Assembly (NCBI GenBank): GCA_027035985.1
Contig: JALVTI010000081.1
Coordinates: 1 to 36,790 of the forward strand
Reading direction: 5' to 3'
Source of the DNA: Aquificales bacterium
Lineage (GTDB): Bacteria; Aquificota; Aquificia; Aquificales; QOAS01
DNA: 36,790 bases
Part shown: in pieces, positions 36,685 through 36,790 of the stretch
Layout of the letters: each line of letters starts with the position of its first letter
How positions within the stretch are numbered: the first letter of the stretch is position 1
Made by a program: the position numbers and the translations under genes
Notes under the pieces: generated by a model
What the model saw: the letters and a program-made list of their open reading frames with translations, nothing else
What the model was told of the DNA's origin: nothing
Databases searched by the model: none

Positions 36685-36790
36685 ATGGCGGAGAAGGTTA
36701 AAACCGTTAGGGGTTTCAGAGACCTCATAGGGGAAGAGGCGAGGAAATACCGCTACGTGGTCGATACCGCGAGGGATATCCTCGAGAGGA
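36685..36790 (+). CDS. hisS: Histidyl-tRNA synthetase, N-terminal fragment running off the window
   Basis: MAEKVKTVRGFRDLIGEEARKYRYVVDTARDILER matches the HisS N-terminal RG..D motif. Confidence 0.8.
   Translation, partial: MAEKVKTVRGFRDLIGEEARKYRYVVDTARDILER

Overview
Gene-dense chromosomal segment of a thermophilic bacterium, most likely Aquificota/Aquificaceae (bifunctional FBP aldolase/phosphatase, stand-alone PolA 5'-3' exonuclease, LysS and SecA with large insertions, thioredoxin-like 2Fe-2S ferredoxin). It is mostly shuffled housekeeping genes: secA, trmFO, trmH, rlmD-like, argC, mtnP, hemH, lysS, tsaE, fliA, dnaC, lpxK, purC, proC, tadA and the start of hisS. Accessory content: the 3' end of a tnpB gene with a long structured downstream region abutting an inverted IS200/IS605 left end; a complete 354-bp protein-free IS200/IS605 element that looks like a mobile omega-RNA gene; an AT-rich frameshifted membrane-protein pseudogene; two cas-less CRISPR arrays (13 and 7 repeats) with homologous ~250-bp leaders carrying precisely positioned repeat-like motifs; and two tandem type II toxin-antitoxin pairs. 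Window-wide signals: most housekeeping genes lack a Shine-Dalgarno and have an ACCT/ACTT motif just before the start codon, usually with a nearby -10-like box, and GATC is almost absent. All calls come from manual reading; no searches or folding programs were run.
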